Shown here: piece by piece, positions 14,687 to 27,334 of the stretch | Position numbering within the stretch: the first letter of the stretch is position 1 | How the letters are laid out: each line of letters starts with the position of its first letter | Origin: Octopus vulgaris | Lineage: Eukaryota | Assembly (NCBI GenBank): GCA_951406725.2 | Contig: OX597817.1 | Coordinates: 10,354,001 to 10,418,000, forward strand | Direction: 5' to 3' | DNA: 64,000 nt | Notes under the pieces: model-generated | What the model saw: only the letters and a program-made list of their open reading frames with translations | What the model was told of the DNA's origin: nothing | Database searches by the model: none | Program-made: the position numbers and the translations under genes

Positions 14687-17304
14687 GTTGCTTAAGGTGT
14701 TGTTTCTCAGAAAATATTTGATAAATTTGAAGCATATACTTTTTCACTTCTTGTGGAAGGGACAGGTTCTACCAATCAGGAAGTCCATCAGCTACCCACA
14801 CCCACTACAAGAGGATTTAGGAAGACCATGGCTGAGGATGCACTGGTATACATTGAGACTAACATATTTACAGAGATTTCATGAGGATGATTATTATTTA
14901 CCCAACAAGTCTTTCTTCAATTTGTCTCTTTGGTCAAGTACAAAATGTGGGTGGGCCTTTCACATCTTGATCGTGGCCATGCACTCAGGGCACTCTGCTA
15001 GTTTAACCATGTCGTCAGAGGACTAGGGATGGATATGGACAATGATGACCTGTGAGTGATGCTGGGCATCGAATACATTAGTCTAAGTAGTTTCATCTCG
15101 AGGATTTTCAGTTAATAAATTATGAAATTACAAAACTCTTTGGCTTGGAGATGCTACATTAGAGAGAGGATTTGTTTATTTGAAATAAACTCTACTGGCA
15201 TGGTCATGTTGAAGCTGCCAGCAACCAAACCAATCAGAGATACATACGCAGAGATGAGACTATGTAGCAAGTACTTTTGTTGTATGCATGTGTCTCTGTT
15301 TTGAGGGTTTATATCAAACAGCTGGTATCACATGCAGGAAGATCCAGCTATCAGCCAAGTTGATCATGGACATCAAATCATAGCCTTCCTTTGACAATGA
15401 AGAGTGTGTACTCTTCCTCTGTCTAGTATCTATGGCACAGAAAGCTATGTAGTTTCGAAGACCACATTTCCTCTCAAGCTAAAAGCCTTTATCTACCAGG
15501 TACCACATGAGAAAAAAAGTGAGAATATAAAAAGAGGCATTTGCTCTCCAGTAAAATTTATGAAAGATAAGTGAAAGTGGAAAAATACATGCAGCTAAAT
15601 GGTCCTGCTCTGACAATGCAGTTTTAGGCTAACAAGTTGAAATGGGATAAGGCACTTGCCTGTAATGTGCCTAGGTAAATTGGAGTTGAGTGGAGTACTC
15701 CAAATTACTCAGTGTGGTTCCCTACTCTCCATTTGAAGATTCCTTCTTGTTCTTATTTGTTGTCTTCTGCATTTATTTTCGTCTTTCTTGTTTTTGTTCA
15801 ATCACTCTAGTTCTTTGAGGCATTCAACACCAAGGTGTGTTTTAGTCCAAAAAATGTAACAACTAGGCTTTCTACCTAGCATTGTCAATATCATGCCCTT
15901 TATCTCAGTACCTTTTATTGGGCACAGTTCTAGCATTGCTCTGAGGCTTTGGGGTTAATTAGGACTTTAACAGTTCATTTTAATGGTGCCTGACCACAGG
16001 ATACATTTTTGCACTTGCTTTAACCACTCTCCCATATTGTGACACAAAAGTCACTACATGCCATGGGTCTGCACCATGTTCAGCATCTTTTATGATAATT
16101 CTTGCATTTCCTTGACTCATTTGCTGAGGAAAAAACTATTAATCTGAGGTATATGTGATAATTTCAGCCTGTGTTTTGACTGTGTTTTCAGTTTTAATGG
16201 TACAGTAAAATGTGTCATACACTTTTGATTAAATTAATTCATTTCTCCTGGAGTGTTTGCTGTTTAACTTGGCATGAGGGAAAATTAAATTCACTTCAAT
16301 AAAATAGTCTTTCTTTTTATCCTCTCTTGGATGATTTCCTATAACAAAGCAATACTATTCGTCTTTGGAAATTCTCCCATCTTTATTTTTTTATTCTTGT
16401 AACTGTATTCGGGTCCAAAAAATTCTCTCTCTTCATTTCATGTTGCAGAAAGGTTTGTTTTTACACAGTAGCTATATGTGGGTTATTGTATTTGGAATTA
16501 AGTAAGATGTTGTTAACGTTGTTGTTGTTACTGCTGCTTCCAAATTACTTATTTGGATATTTGGGATATTTTCTTCTAGTAAGTGTTCACTATACTGTTC
16601 ATTATCCTTTTCCTCTTATACATTTAGTTCTGTTTTGATTTTGTGCTGTTTTTCTCACTATTATGGTGTTTTGTTATTTGACATAATTATGTGCGGTAAC
16701 CATTTTGGATGCGAAAATGTAATGTGTGCAAATAACATTTTAAAAGTTTGTAAAACAAACCTCTTTTTTCCCTGTTGTCTATTTCTGGATATCAAAGACA
16801 GCCCTTCCTTAGGCAATTATTATCCTTTTTACAAGAACTCCAAAGAAAATTGCATTTGGTAATGCTTGAAGTAAAATGTGTTTTGAAGGGAGAATCAAAA
16901 AGATATTTTCACACAACAGGAATCAATAATAATAATAATGATAATAACAATAATAATAATAATAATAATAATTATGACAATAATAATAATAATATAGTAG
17001 TATGAAGCTACTATACCACATTCTTAATTAGCTTTTTAGGATCATATCCACAGAGAGTTTCAGCAACAATCCATTCAAAATGATGGTCTGTAGGAGAAAC
17101 ATATTTTGCTATTCCCTTTCCTTCAGTTTGCAGTTTTAATGATCTTGTGCGACAAAAGTTGAGTTGGTTGAGATTTAAGAAGATGCTATCATGTACTGAC
17201 TTTAGGGGATGTAACTAAAGTTGTAAAATTAGGGTGCAGACCAGACTGAAGAAATTTTAGGAAAAAGGATCTTTTTATGCAGTGTGTTGGGTTAACAATA
17301 TATA

Positions 17305-17533
17305 TTTCTTTACTACCCACAAGGGGCTAAACACAGAGGGGACAAACAAGGACAGACAAATGGATTAAGTCGATTACATAGACCCCAGTGCATAACTGGT
17401 ACTTAAGTTACTGACCCTGAAAGGAAGAAAAGCAAAGTCGACCTCGGCAGAATTTGAACTCAGAACATACAGCAGACGAAATACGGCTACGCTTTTCGCC
17501 CGGCATGCTAACGTTTCTGCCAGCTCGCCGCCT
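17305..17533 (-). mobile_element. tRNA-derived SINE, family C (Meta-domain-like)
   Basis: Reverse complement of GGCGGCGAGCTGGCAGAAACGTTAGC...GTCGACTTTGC...AAGTACCAG; 16-bp TSD TTGGGTTAACAATATA. Confidence 0.92.
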
Positions 17534-18042
17534 TTTGGGTTAACAATATAACAATAACAATAATGTAAGAGATTTCCCCAACCCCCATTAATTATCTTGC
17601 ATGAAAAAATATGTCAAGTACTTTGTAAATGTTCAATGTATATTTTTGTGCCTAATCAGTGGATTGTGGCAATACATCAATACTTTTGTTACTCAAAGAT
17701 ATATTACCTGAAAGATAGAACAGATGGTTAAATAGACTATTTATTAGGCTATTTGTACATTAGCTGAAAGTTCAAAACTGCTGAGTTTCTTGGCAGAATA
17801 CATTATTCTACATTGCTTCAATTTATCTGTCAGAAACATGTAACAGTTAATTTCAGACTGTTACTTGTGATGATAAACCAACATCTTTCTCAAGATGGGA
17901 TTTATTGCTTACCTACGTTATGCTATGAAATCATAGTTATGTACTCACCTTCAAAGCTTTTTGAGACTCAAGACGCATTTTTTTTTTTTTTACATTCATA
18001 AAGATGGTTTGGGTGTCAGCCCTATGGTATGGCATCTTAGGA

Positions 18043-18279
18043 AGGCGGTGAGCTGGCAGAAACGTTAGTACGCCAAGCGAAATATGTAGCTGTGTTTCAT
18101 CTGCCATTACATTCTGAGTTCAAATTCCGCCGAGGTCGACTTTGCCTTTCATCCTTTCGGGGTCGATAAATTAAGTACCAGTTACGCACTGGGGTCAATA
18201 TAATCGACTTAATCCGTTTGTCTGTCCTTGCTTGTCCTCTCTGTGTTTAGCCTGTTGTGGGTAGTAAAGAAATAGGTAT
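18043..18279 (+). mobile_element. SINE family C
   Basis: GAGTTCAAATTCC B box; Meta-like GTCGACTTTGCCTTTCATCCTTTCGGGGTCGATAAATTAAGTACCAG; TSD GGTATGGCATCTT. Confidence 0.92.
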
Positions 18280-18409
18280 GGCATCTTGGACTAGTGTCCA
18301 TGGTAACCAAAGTCTTGTGAGCTTTGTTAATCGATTTAGTAGGTGGAGACTGAAAGAAGCCCCTTACAGTGTCAAACAAAATACTTAATGGCAATTCTTC
18401 TGACTCATT

Positions 18410-18945
18410 ATGCTCTGAGCTCAAATCCAACTGATGTCAACTTTGCCTTTCATCTTTTCAGGGTCAATAAAATAAAGTACCAATCATGTACTGGTGTTTA
18501 TTTAATAGACTTGCATGCTTACCTTCAAATTGCTGGTCTCATGCCAAAATTAGAAAAAATTACTATTAGTATTATAAATAAAACAAATATATCCTCATAT
18601 AAACTCCAGTACTTGCCTGGTCCTTTATTCACTGCAAAAGGCTAAGTTGACCTCATCAGGATTTGAACTCAGAAAATAAAGAGCTAGAAGAAAGATCACA
18701 AAGCCATTTTTCCAATGCTGTAGCAACCAATCCATCACCATAACAATAATAATTTAGACACTAGATCAGCAATTTGGTTGAGGTGTCAGTCAACTCTACC
18801 AATCCTAGTACTTGTTAGGTACATTTTTAGTGATTCCAGGGGGATAAAAGCAATGTTGACCCTGGTGAGATTTGAACTCAGAACATGGAAAACCTGAAGA
18901 AATACTACAGGGCATTTTTTCCAACACTCTAATGATTCAGCCAAT
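18410..18945. mobile_element. Cluster of three degenerate family-C-related SINE relics (mixed orientation)
   Basis: CAACTTTGCCTTTCATC (+) and two GATTTGAACTCAGAA (-) motifs. Confidence 0.6.
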
Positions 18946-19020
18946 ATATCAAAAATAGGGAATTAACACTGCTGTCACTACACAGCATTTAATTTCTTTG
19001 CCTTTCATACAGGTTGTGAA

Positions 19021-19428
19021 CAGGAGTGGCTGTGTTGTTAGTAGCTTGCTTACAAACCACATGGTTCCGGGTTCAGTCCCACTGCGTGGCACCTTGGGCA
19101 GGTGTCGTCTACTATAGCCTCGGGCCGACCAAAGCCTTGTGAGTGGATTTGGTAGACGGAAACTGAAAGAAGCCCATCGTATATATGTATATATGTGTGT
19201 GTGTATATGTTTGTGTGTCTGTGTTTGTCCCCCCAACATCGCTTGACAACCGATGCTGGTGTGTTTACTTCCCCGTCACTTAGTGGCTCGGCAAAAGCAA
19301 CCGATAGAATAAGTACTAGGCTTACAAAGAATAAGTCCTGGGGTCGATTTGCTCGACTATTTAAAGGTGGTGCTCCAGCATGGCCACAGTCAAATGGCTG
19401 AAACGAGTAAAAGAGTAAAAGAGAGAGT
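19021..19428 (+). mobile_element. SINE family A
   Basis: Full-length match to the family. Confidence 0.92.
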
Positions 19429-19500
19429 ATAATAATTACTAAACTTTCAAACATTTACCTTGGATCTAACCAAATCATTATTATTATAACATTATTAATA

Positions 19501-19671
19501 GGTGCAGGAGTGGCTGTGTGGTAAGTAGCTTGCTAACCAACCACATGGTTCCGGGTTCAGTCCCACTGCGTGGCATCTTGGCCAAGTGTCTTCTGCTATA
19601 GCCTCGGGCCGACCAATGCCTTGTGAGTGGATTTGGTAGATGGAAACTGAAAGAAGCCTGTCGTATATATG

Positions 19672-19704
<33 letters not shown>

Positions 19705-19941
19705 GTATGTGTGTATGTTTGTGTGTCTGTGTTTGTCCCCCTAGCATTGCTTGACAACCGATGCTGGTGTGTTTACGTCCCTGTCAATTAGCGGTTGGGC
19801 AAAAGAGACCGATAGAATAAGTACTGGGCTTACAATAGAATAAGTCCCGGGGTCGATTTGTTCGACTAAAGGCGGTGCTCCAGCATGGCCGCAGTCAAAT
19901 GACTGAAACAAGTAAAAGAGTAAAGAGCAAAGAGAGAGAGT
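19501..19941 (+). mobile_element. SINE family A
   Basis: Full-length match, in tandem with the previous copy. Confidence 0.92.
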
Positions 19942-20367
19942 GTCATAATTTTTAAGGGATTAGATTAAAAGAACCAGTAGCATGAAGGACAAAATGCCTT
20001 GGCATATTTAGTTAAATCCCTTTGTGCTAAAGGTTTAAATCATTATGAGGGTCTGTTTTGCCTTCCATCCTTCTGGGGATGATAAAACAAGAAACAATCA
20101 ATTGTTGTGTTCAATATAATTGACCAGACCCTCTCTGAGAATGTGTGGCTTTGTGCTTATGTTAGATATCAATATCATCATCATTTTTTTTTTAATATTT
20201 TGTATTTTTTGTTCTTAGTGTTATACATTATTAGAATGTTTCTATTTACTTCTTTGTTTCATTTGTTTGTATTTTTGTTTTCTTTGCTTTTATATATATA
20301 TATATATATTTTTTATATATCAGTTTATAATTGAGTATTCGGTACATCATACTAACTATTCCAACAG

Positions 20368-20414
20368 CTGCCCACGTTCTTTCCCCGTCCGTTTACCGAG
20401 TGTTTTGTTGCTAG
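20368..20414 (+). other. Candidate exon after a perfect branch point; phase-1 reading (x)AHVLSPSVYRVFCC*
   Basis: TACTAAC at 20350-20356, CCAACAG acceptor ending 20367, GC/CpG-rich 33-nt island in very AT-rich non-repeat DNA. Confidence 0.35.
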
Positions 20415-21486
20415 TTAAATAGCTGAAAATGTTAAAGTGTTGAAATGATTGAAATATAAAAGCTATTATGATGCTTATTTAATGATGTTATCTCAAGATT
20501 CCAGATGCATCAAGAGAAACCTGCCATTTTGAACTAAGATTAAACAGATCAACAATCATTAATCTTCATATGAGACAGAATGTTATGCCCATAATTAATT
20601 CCATTACAGACTTTACTCTTGTCTTAAATGAGGTTTTTGATTCTTTATGACCTTTATAATTTTAATTGTATTATCTCTTTTTTTCTTTTTTCTTTATAAC
20701 ATTGGGTAGTTGGGTGGGAAGACAATTAGTTAATTACTTTTAAAAGTCAATTAGTTGAAAATATTTCTTGTTTTTTTTTATAAAAAGTCTGTTGGTTAAA
20801 AATTATACATTCAACTAGCATACTATGTAATTTTACCAATAGTTTTTATGAGCTGACAAAGTCTCTACATAGTCGCTAGACCTGCTAAAGATAGCAGCCA
20901 AATTTTTTTCATGTTATACCTTACTGCCCTAAAACTAGAAAGGACACCTTGGAGAATGTGATCTAGAAAACACTATTACTTGAAAAGAAAAGTGGGAAAG
21001 TTACAGATACAACATGTTTTCTCTTCAGAAGGAAGCTGTAACATAAATTCATTTTATTCTACTATTTTATTGTATCTATTTTTGTATTTAAGGCTCCAAA
21101 TAGGCAACTGAATTTCTAAAAAATAGTTTTCCTTGAGATCTTTAAATGTCAAATATAACTTATTGGTGATGATATGAATCAGTTACATTATTTAAGCTTC
21201 ATTATTAAGAAATATCCAGGAATATGTTTATGGTAAAAATTGGATCAGTTCTATTTATTTATCTATTTTTTTTGTTAAGTGTCATTGAGGATAATGTTCT
21301 TCATGCATATAAGTAAATGAAAATATAAATATAAATATTTTCAGTTTTTACTGCTAAGAAATCATTGATTTTGTTTCAACTGCGATAAACTAATTTTTTA
21401 TTATGTATATTGGTTGTCAAACAACATGCAAATATTTTTCTGGGTCTCATTCCTTGAAATATCTTTGCTTTGTTACAAACATAAAA

Positions 21487-21530
<44 letters not shown>

Positions 21531-21623
21531 ACAACAGCAGTAAATATTACTATTTTTCATTGTTATTATTTATTTCATTGTTATTATCGTTATTTTTGTT
21601 ATTAAATGAATAGATAATAAAAA

Positions 21624-21741
21624 TAACTTTCAGATATCAGTCTCTGTGGAGGCATAAATGGTATGAAAATAATAATAATAATAATAATAATAATAATTTC
21701 ATACCATTGATACCTCCACACAGGCTGATATCTGAAAGTTA
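21624..21741. repeat. Hairpin: ~45-bp inverted repeat around an (AAT)n loop
   Basis: TAACTTTCAGATATCAG...GGTATGAAA vs TTTCATACC...CTGATATCTGAAAGTTA, 4 differences. Confidence 0.9.
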
Positions 21742-22496
21742 CTAGTTTTTTTAGGTTTTTTTTAACAATATGTCTATTCTACCTTACTTCATTTAACTAC
21801 AGTTAAGTTTCTTATGGTTAAAAAAAAAAAGAAGACTCTTCTGCTGTAATGTTAGTGCAAGTGTGAGGTGTCAACTATCTCATCCCATCAATCATATGTA
21901 ATATAAAGTAATTCCAAATCAAATATTAACTACAGTAACTTCATTCTGCTTTCCACCATATTGATTTAGACTGTGAGCAAGTCTTTCCTTTCTTTGAAGA
22001 GACGACATAAGACAAGCATCTATTACTGTTATTTTCTGGTTCTGACACATCATTTTCTGTAATGTCTTGACATGTTACAAATACCCTACTATCATTCTCA
22101 TACTCGGTTACAAATCTTTCTTTGACTCTATCACAAATGTCATTCTCTAGCTCTGCAATTAATGTCATTCCATTTACTTAATCCGAGTTGCTTGCAGTAA
22201 AGTTAATTGACATACATCAAACAACAAGTGTTATCTGAAATGCATTTTATCATTCGTGTTATAACCTCCTAAAGTTACACCTGAATTTTTCCTTCCTTTA
22301 TACCACTCATTTCTAATGAAGCTATTTTCTTTACGAACTGCAAAACCTTTCTCATTCTTCTCCCTCTCCCCTACACCACATTCGATAACACTATCACCCT
22401 TCCATTTAAAAAGAAATCTCCTTCTACTTCGTTTCACATCAATAATTTATAATTTGAGATTGAGTGTAGAAAAAAATTAAAAAGCTTTCATGTCAT

Positions 22497-22727
22497 TACT
22501 CTTTACTCTTTTTACTCTTTTACTCTTTTACTTGTTTCAGTCATTTGACTGTGGCCATGCTGGAGCACCGCCTTTAGTCGAGCAAATCGACCCCGAGACT
22601 TATTCTTTGTAAGCCCAATACTTATTCTATCAGTCTCTTTTGCCGAACCGCTAAGTGACGGGAACGTAAACACACCAGCATCGATTGTCAAGCAATGCTA
22701 GGGAGACACACACAAACACATACACAC

Positions 22728-22758
<31 letters not shown>

Positions 22759-22940
22759 CATATATACGACAGGCTTCTTTCAGTTTCCGTCTACCAAATC
22801 CACTCACAAGGCATTGGTCGGCCTGGGGCTATAGCACGAAAACACTTGCCCAAGATGCCACGCAGTGGGACTGAACCTCGAATCACACCATAGGAGTGGC
22901 TGTGTGGTTAGCAAACTACTTACCACACAGCCACTCCTAT
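22497..22940 (-). mobile_element. SINE family A with fold-back-rearranged head
   Basis: Reverse-complement full-length match. Confidence 0.92.
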
Positions 22941-23599
22941 GTAGATATCATTTCTATAGTTTTTCAGTTTATTTCAGCTATCATACATGAGAATATGTTG
23001 AACTGCTTTCATTGTCAAATTTTCTACATCAGTCTTAAGCAAACCACAGTCCATGGGACTTTCTAAATGGCATGCCAACAAAAAATTGTCTTGAATTTTT
23101 TCAGTAGTGTAGCTTGACTGATGACCAGTCAAGTCTCATCACACCTACTTCTCAGAAAAGTTTGACCATGCTTGTTCTATGTCCTTTGTGTCATCTCTGC
23201 ATATATCCATAGCTCCAATACTTTTGTTAGAATTTTACCTGATCAACAAATTAGTAAAATTAGTCTATAGCAGATGGCTGGTTTGCTATGTTAGAGGGAA
23301 TTGTATTTTGATGTCTTTTAAAAGTCTCAGGGAAAAACTTCTTTTATCATTCCTTGTCCCATTACTTTCTTTCTAAACCTACTTTTTAGCTTTTATGGTT
23401 CTGTCTACTGTGCTATTTATCACCATATCACCTTCTGTCTCATTAGAATTTTGCTCATCCACAGAACTGGGTTTTTGGCTCACAGCTGGTTATCTCAGAG
23501 AAACTTCTATTTTTCCTCTGTTATTAGTGTCTCTCACCCTCTCTCCTCCTCCTCCTCCTTACTGGGATACATGTCAAGTAGCATCTTTTAACTTACATT

Positions 23600-24060
23600 A
23601 GCAGGAAGATTTTTCAGCTTCCATACTTTCTTTCAGTAGATCGTTTTGTACTTTCAGAGACTACATAGGTTTTTATCCTGCAGTCACTAATCACTAGTCT
23701 ATGTCAAATGTTGCATTATTCACTATGAAAGTACTTGGTATTCACAATCAACCATCAAAACCCTTATGAATCTGTCTGGTTTGCCTTCTTGTTTGATTAG
23801 TAAGTTGTGTTGTGTCTCACTAGTTTCATGACATTATTGTGGCATATGGTTAAATCACTTGTGGTGCAAAACACCAAGAACTTTGACACTGCCTCAGTCC
23901 TCATATCAAATTCATAGCCACCATATACATCAGAATACTCATTATGGGGTTGTCTAACGTATGCATTAGTGTCTCCTGCCATTATAATGGAATTGCCATT
24001 ACTTTTTTATGGGGTCAGTCTACAAGAGGACTCTGTAAAAAATTACTGTCTTGCTCATGT
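23600..24060 (-). mobile_element. RTE-clade LINE relic (AP-endonuclease domain)
   Basis: AGDTNAYVRQ...DVYGGYEFDMRTEAVSKFLVFCTTSDLTICHN...HNTTY resembles the RTE GDFNGHVG...GGYGFG-RN...LEFC...L-ICNT...HLITY motif. Confidence 0.75.
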
Positions 24061-24170
24061 AGCAAAATCTTTGAGTAACAACAAAGTAACCTGTCAACTG
24101 TTTCCAAAAACAAATATACATACACATACAAATACAAACACACATACACTCTCACACAGACACACATACA

Positions 24171-24219
<49 letters not shown>

Positions 24220-24351
24220 CAATTTGTCCTAGCACGTATAAACGCCAGTAGATTTTCTATTAGTTTATACATTTTGTGCTTATGCTAATGATTAAAACAA
24301 GTAATTAAAGCCAAAATTAATTTGTTTTATGTACTTTTTCTTTATTTGAAG

Positions 24352-24390
24352 CCCAAGGTGGAGCACTTCAGGAAATGATACCCTTTCGTA
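24352..24390 (+). other. Candidate 39-nt microexon: (x)QGGALQEMIPFR (phase 1) or PRWSTSGNDTLS (phase 2)
   Basis: U-rich tract with TGAAG acceptor, consensus GTAAGT donor, GC-rich relative to flanks, length divisible by 3. Confidence 0.45.
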
Positions 24391-25499
24391 GTAAGTGTTT
24401 TAATAATTTGGGAACATTGGTGTGCAATTTTTTAAATTTTTACCCCACTAATCAGAACCTGTTTTTCTCTTTAACCTTGCATCCATCACTGAAAGAAGAC
24501 TAGTCTATGACTGAACCTGTAGAATTCCCTTCTACTTTGTAGATATTCATTCTACTAATGTATTTTACCCCAAATAATTAATTCCCCATAATTACATCAA
24601 CAAAACCAGTGTTACCACTTGCTCCTCTTGTTAGTAATGTAACAGGATCACCAGTATATCTAGGCATTGTTCTCTAACCTCAATCACAATATTAAACAAA
24701 TGCCTTCTATCACTACTGTCCCACAATTATCTAAACTCATTCCATAACTATCAGACCCTTTACAAAGCACATAGTCATACCTATACCTTTTTAGTTTCCA
24801 TATGAAATTCATCCCATGGAGTACTCTCCTGCTACTTTTGTTTCCTTACTCGAGAAGGGTTGGGCATATGGGTCAATTGCTCATGACCTCGGGAGTCTAG
24901 GAGCCTAATCTGACTTACGTATGTTGTGGCTCACTGTCAGTAAATAAATACTAGAGGACCCAGTGCATTGGTTCACCCAGGACACCTACTATGCTGCTAA
25001 AGGGCTTAATCTGCTTTGTCCAGATTCTATTCTTTTGCTAAATACTATTATGGCAAAAGGCTGATGGCCTACCAATAAAGTAGCAATATTGTGGAAGTTT
25101 TAAACATATACATGTGTGCGTGTGTTGTTTTATTTGAAAATAGGCGCAATGCCTGTGAACTTCGCAAACTCTCCAAGACACAAGGAATTGATATTCCACT
25201 TAGACTATTGTCAGTTACTATTGCAGGAAATGGTGGAGTTCTAAGGGACTTCTGAGGAGAAGAACTAGGTGTTGTGGTTAGTGTGGGGCCTGGGACGGAG
25301 TTGAACTCAAAATGGAGGATGAGGGCAAGAGACTTAATAAAAACATGATGTTCAGGACAGATTTGGATGTAAAATATTCCAATCTCCAACACCATCATCC
25401 CTTATATGATAAAATAAAATATATATGTATGTATATATCAGTATCATCATCATCCACAACATCATCACCATCATCATCATCATCATTACCATCATCATA

Positions 25500-25745
25500 A
25501 TCATCATCCTTATTGCCGTTTTAACATCCAGTTTTCCATGCTTGCATGAGTTAGACTGGGTTTATTGAGGGACATATTATTCTTCAGCTGGATGCCCTTC
25601 CTCTTACCACCCCTCTCTTTTTTTTTCCAAGCAAGGTAATATTTCCATACGCCCAGATATGTTTCTGCAGACTATTGATAATGAATAATACTGCTTACAT
25701 AACAGTGAGACTCATTTACAACTACCGTGTGATACAAAACACACA
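25500..25745 (-). mobile_element. Composite SINE family E, 3' part
   Basis: TTTTCCATGCTTGCATG...GCTGGATGCCCTTCCT...CCAAGCAAGGTAATATTTCC shared with 33320-33735. Confidence 0.65.
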
Positions 25746-25844
25746 CTAATATACAAACACACATATACATACATACAATATATATATACATACATACAAA
25801 ATATATATGTATATATATATACATACATATATATATATATATAT

Positions 25845-25890
<46 letters not shown>

Positions 25891-25938
25891 TAATAAACCA
25901 AATAGTTTATACCTGGTATCTTCCATCTTCCATCTACA

Positions 25939-25974
<36 letters not shown>

Positions 25975-26564
25975 ATGCATGTATATATATATGTATGTAT
26001 ATATATATATATATATATTACATACATATGCAGAGACACACACATACATATACATCCATACATGCATGCACACATACACACACACATACACACACATATT
26101 GTGGAAAGTAGACTGGTGTAGTTATGTGGGCTGTAAGCAATATATGAATAGACTAGTAGCAATAACAAGCAGATGGATGAATGTGTGAACAAATAGATGG
26201 CTAAAGAGAAACATATAACAAAACAACTGTTGACTAGAAACTATTTTGTTAGAATATCTGAAAGATATTCTGAATAAGAGATGTAAACTTACTCAGGCAA
26301 TCAACATTTAGAATTTATCATTCAACATATCCATCACATTATTGTGTCTCAACATAACAAATTTTGTCTTTCATCTCTTTAATCTATTTCTTCATATGGT
26401 AGATTTTTGCATAGCTTTTGGGTATTTTTTTTCATATGGGTTTATGCTTAACATGTTTACATATCATTATTTGAAAAAAAAAATGGCTGCTATTGTGGTT
26501 GCATGTGTATATGTACATATATGTAAATATACATATAAATATATATATTATGTCATGTTATTAG

Positions 26565-26900
26565 AATGAGTAACAAAAGAATACCCAAAAGTCGTCATGT
26601 ACAACCAGCTTGATAGTGGGTACAGGGATGCTGGTTCAACCATGGCTCAGATATAAGGACCAGCTGAGCAAACAGCCTTGGAGTGAAGAAAGTGCAGATT
26701 GTCATGATAAAAGAATATAAGAGATTCTATTTCAACCAACATTAACACGCTAAGGGGTGCAAAACAAAGGAGAAAAGTGGCTGCAAATATACTATCTGCA
26801 CTGACACATAACCCTCATAGTCACAACATCTGTGGGCTTCTTTGAAAATTGTTGGCAGAACTCAAATGTCTCATTCAACAGAAGCATTATGACCGACTAA
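26565..26900 (+). mobile_element. RTE/BovB-like LINE 3' relic
   Basis: RMSNKRIPKVVMYNQLDSGYRDAG resembles the RTE C-terminal RM---RIPK--LYG-L--G-R--G motif. Confidence 0.6.
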
Positions 26901-26988
26901 GAAAATTTAGGTTGTCAGATCCTTATACATCAAAACCAACAGAAGAGTCCATCATGCTTTATATATATAATATACATATATACTTTAA

Positions 26989-27251
26989 GTGGAGGCGCAA
27001 TGGCCCAGTGGTTAGGGCAGCGGACTCGCGGTCATAGGATCGCGGTTTCAATTCCCAGACCGGGCGTTGTGTGTGTTTATTGAGTGAAAACACCTAAAAG
27101 CTCCATGAGGCTCCGGCAGGGGGTGGTGATCCCTGCTGTATTCCTTCGCTGCAACTTCTTCTGTTGGCCTGCTCGCTTAGCAGGTGAACGCATTGTGACC
27201 AGCGATGTGTACCAACATCTGATGGTCTGGTCGGTCACATGATCACGTGAT
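26989..27251 (+). mobile_element. tRNA(Arg-like)-derived SINE, family B subfamily 1
   Basis: A box TGGCCCAGTGG, B-box-like GGTTTCAATTCC; tail GTCACATGATCACGTGAT. Confidence 0.9.
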
Positions 27252-27275
27252 GTACTTAATATATATAGCAGGCCT

Positions 27276-27334
27276 CTGCTACTCTAGACCGATGATGGGC
27301 AAAGACGCTGAAACATGCGTGTCTCTAGATGCAG
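27276..27334 (+). ncRNA. Degenerate type-I hammerhead ribozyme in a Penelope-like relic (27268-27471)
   Basis: Stem I TCTAGA/TCTAGA (+CTGC/GCAG), core CCGATGA, GAAA, stem III ACA-TGCG-TGT, GUC cleavage triplet at 27321-27323; stem II imperfect. Confidence 0.65.

Noticed and set aside
23113-23133. CTGATGA inside a small hairpin
   Set aside because: No GAAA/stem III arrangement, so it is not a hammerhead.
24488-24525. Further hammerhead-like traces (also ~50020-50050)
   Set aside because: Too degenerate to assign stems.
26989-27062. Possible tRNA genes at the family A/B/C heads
   Set aside because: A/B boxes continue into SINE bodies, often with TSDs, and no proper acceptor stem was seen.
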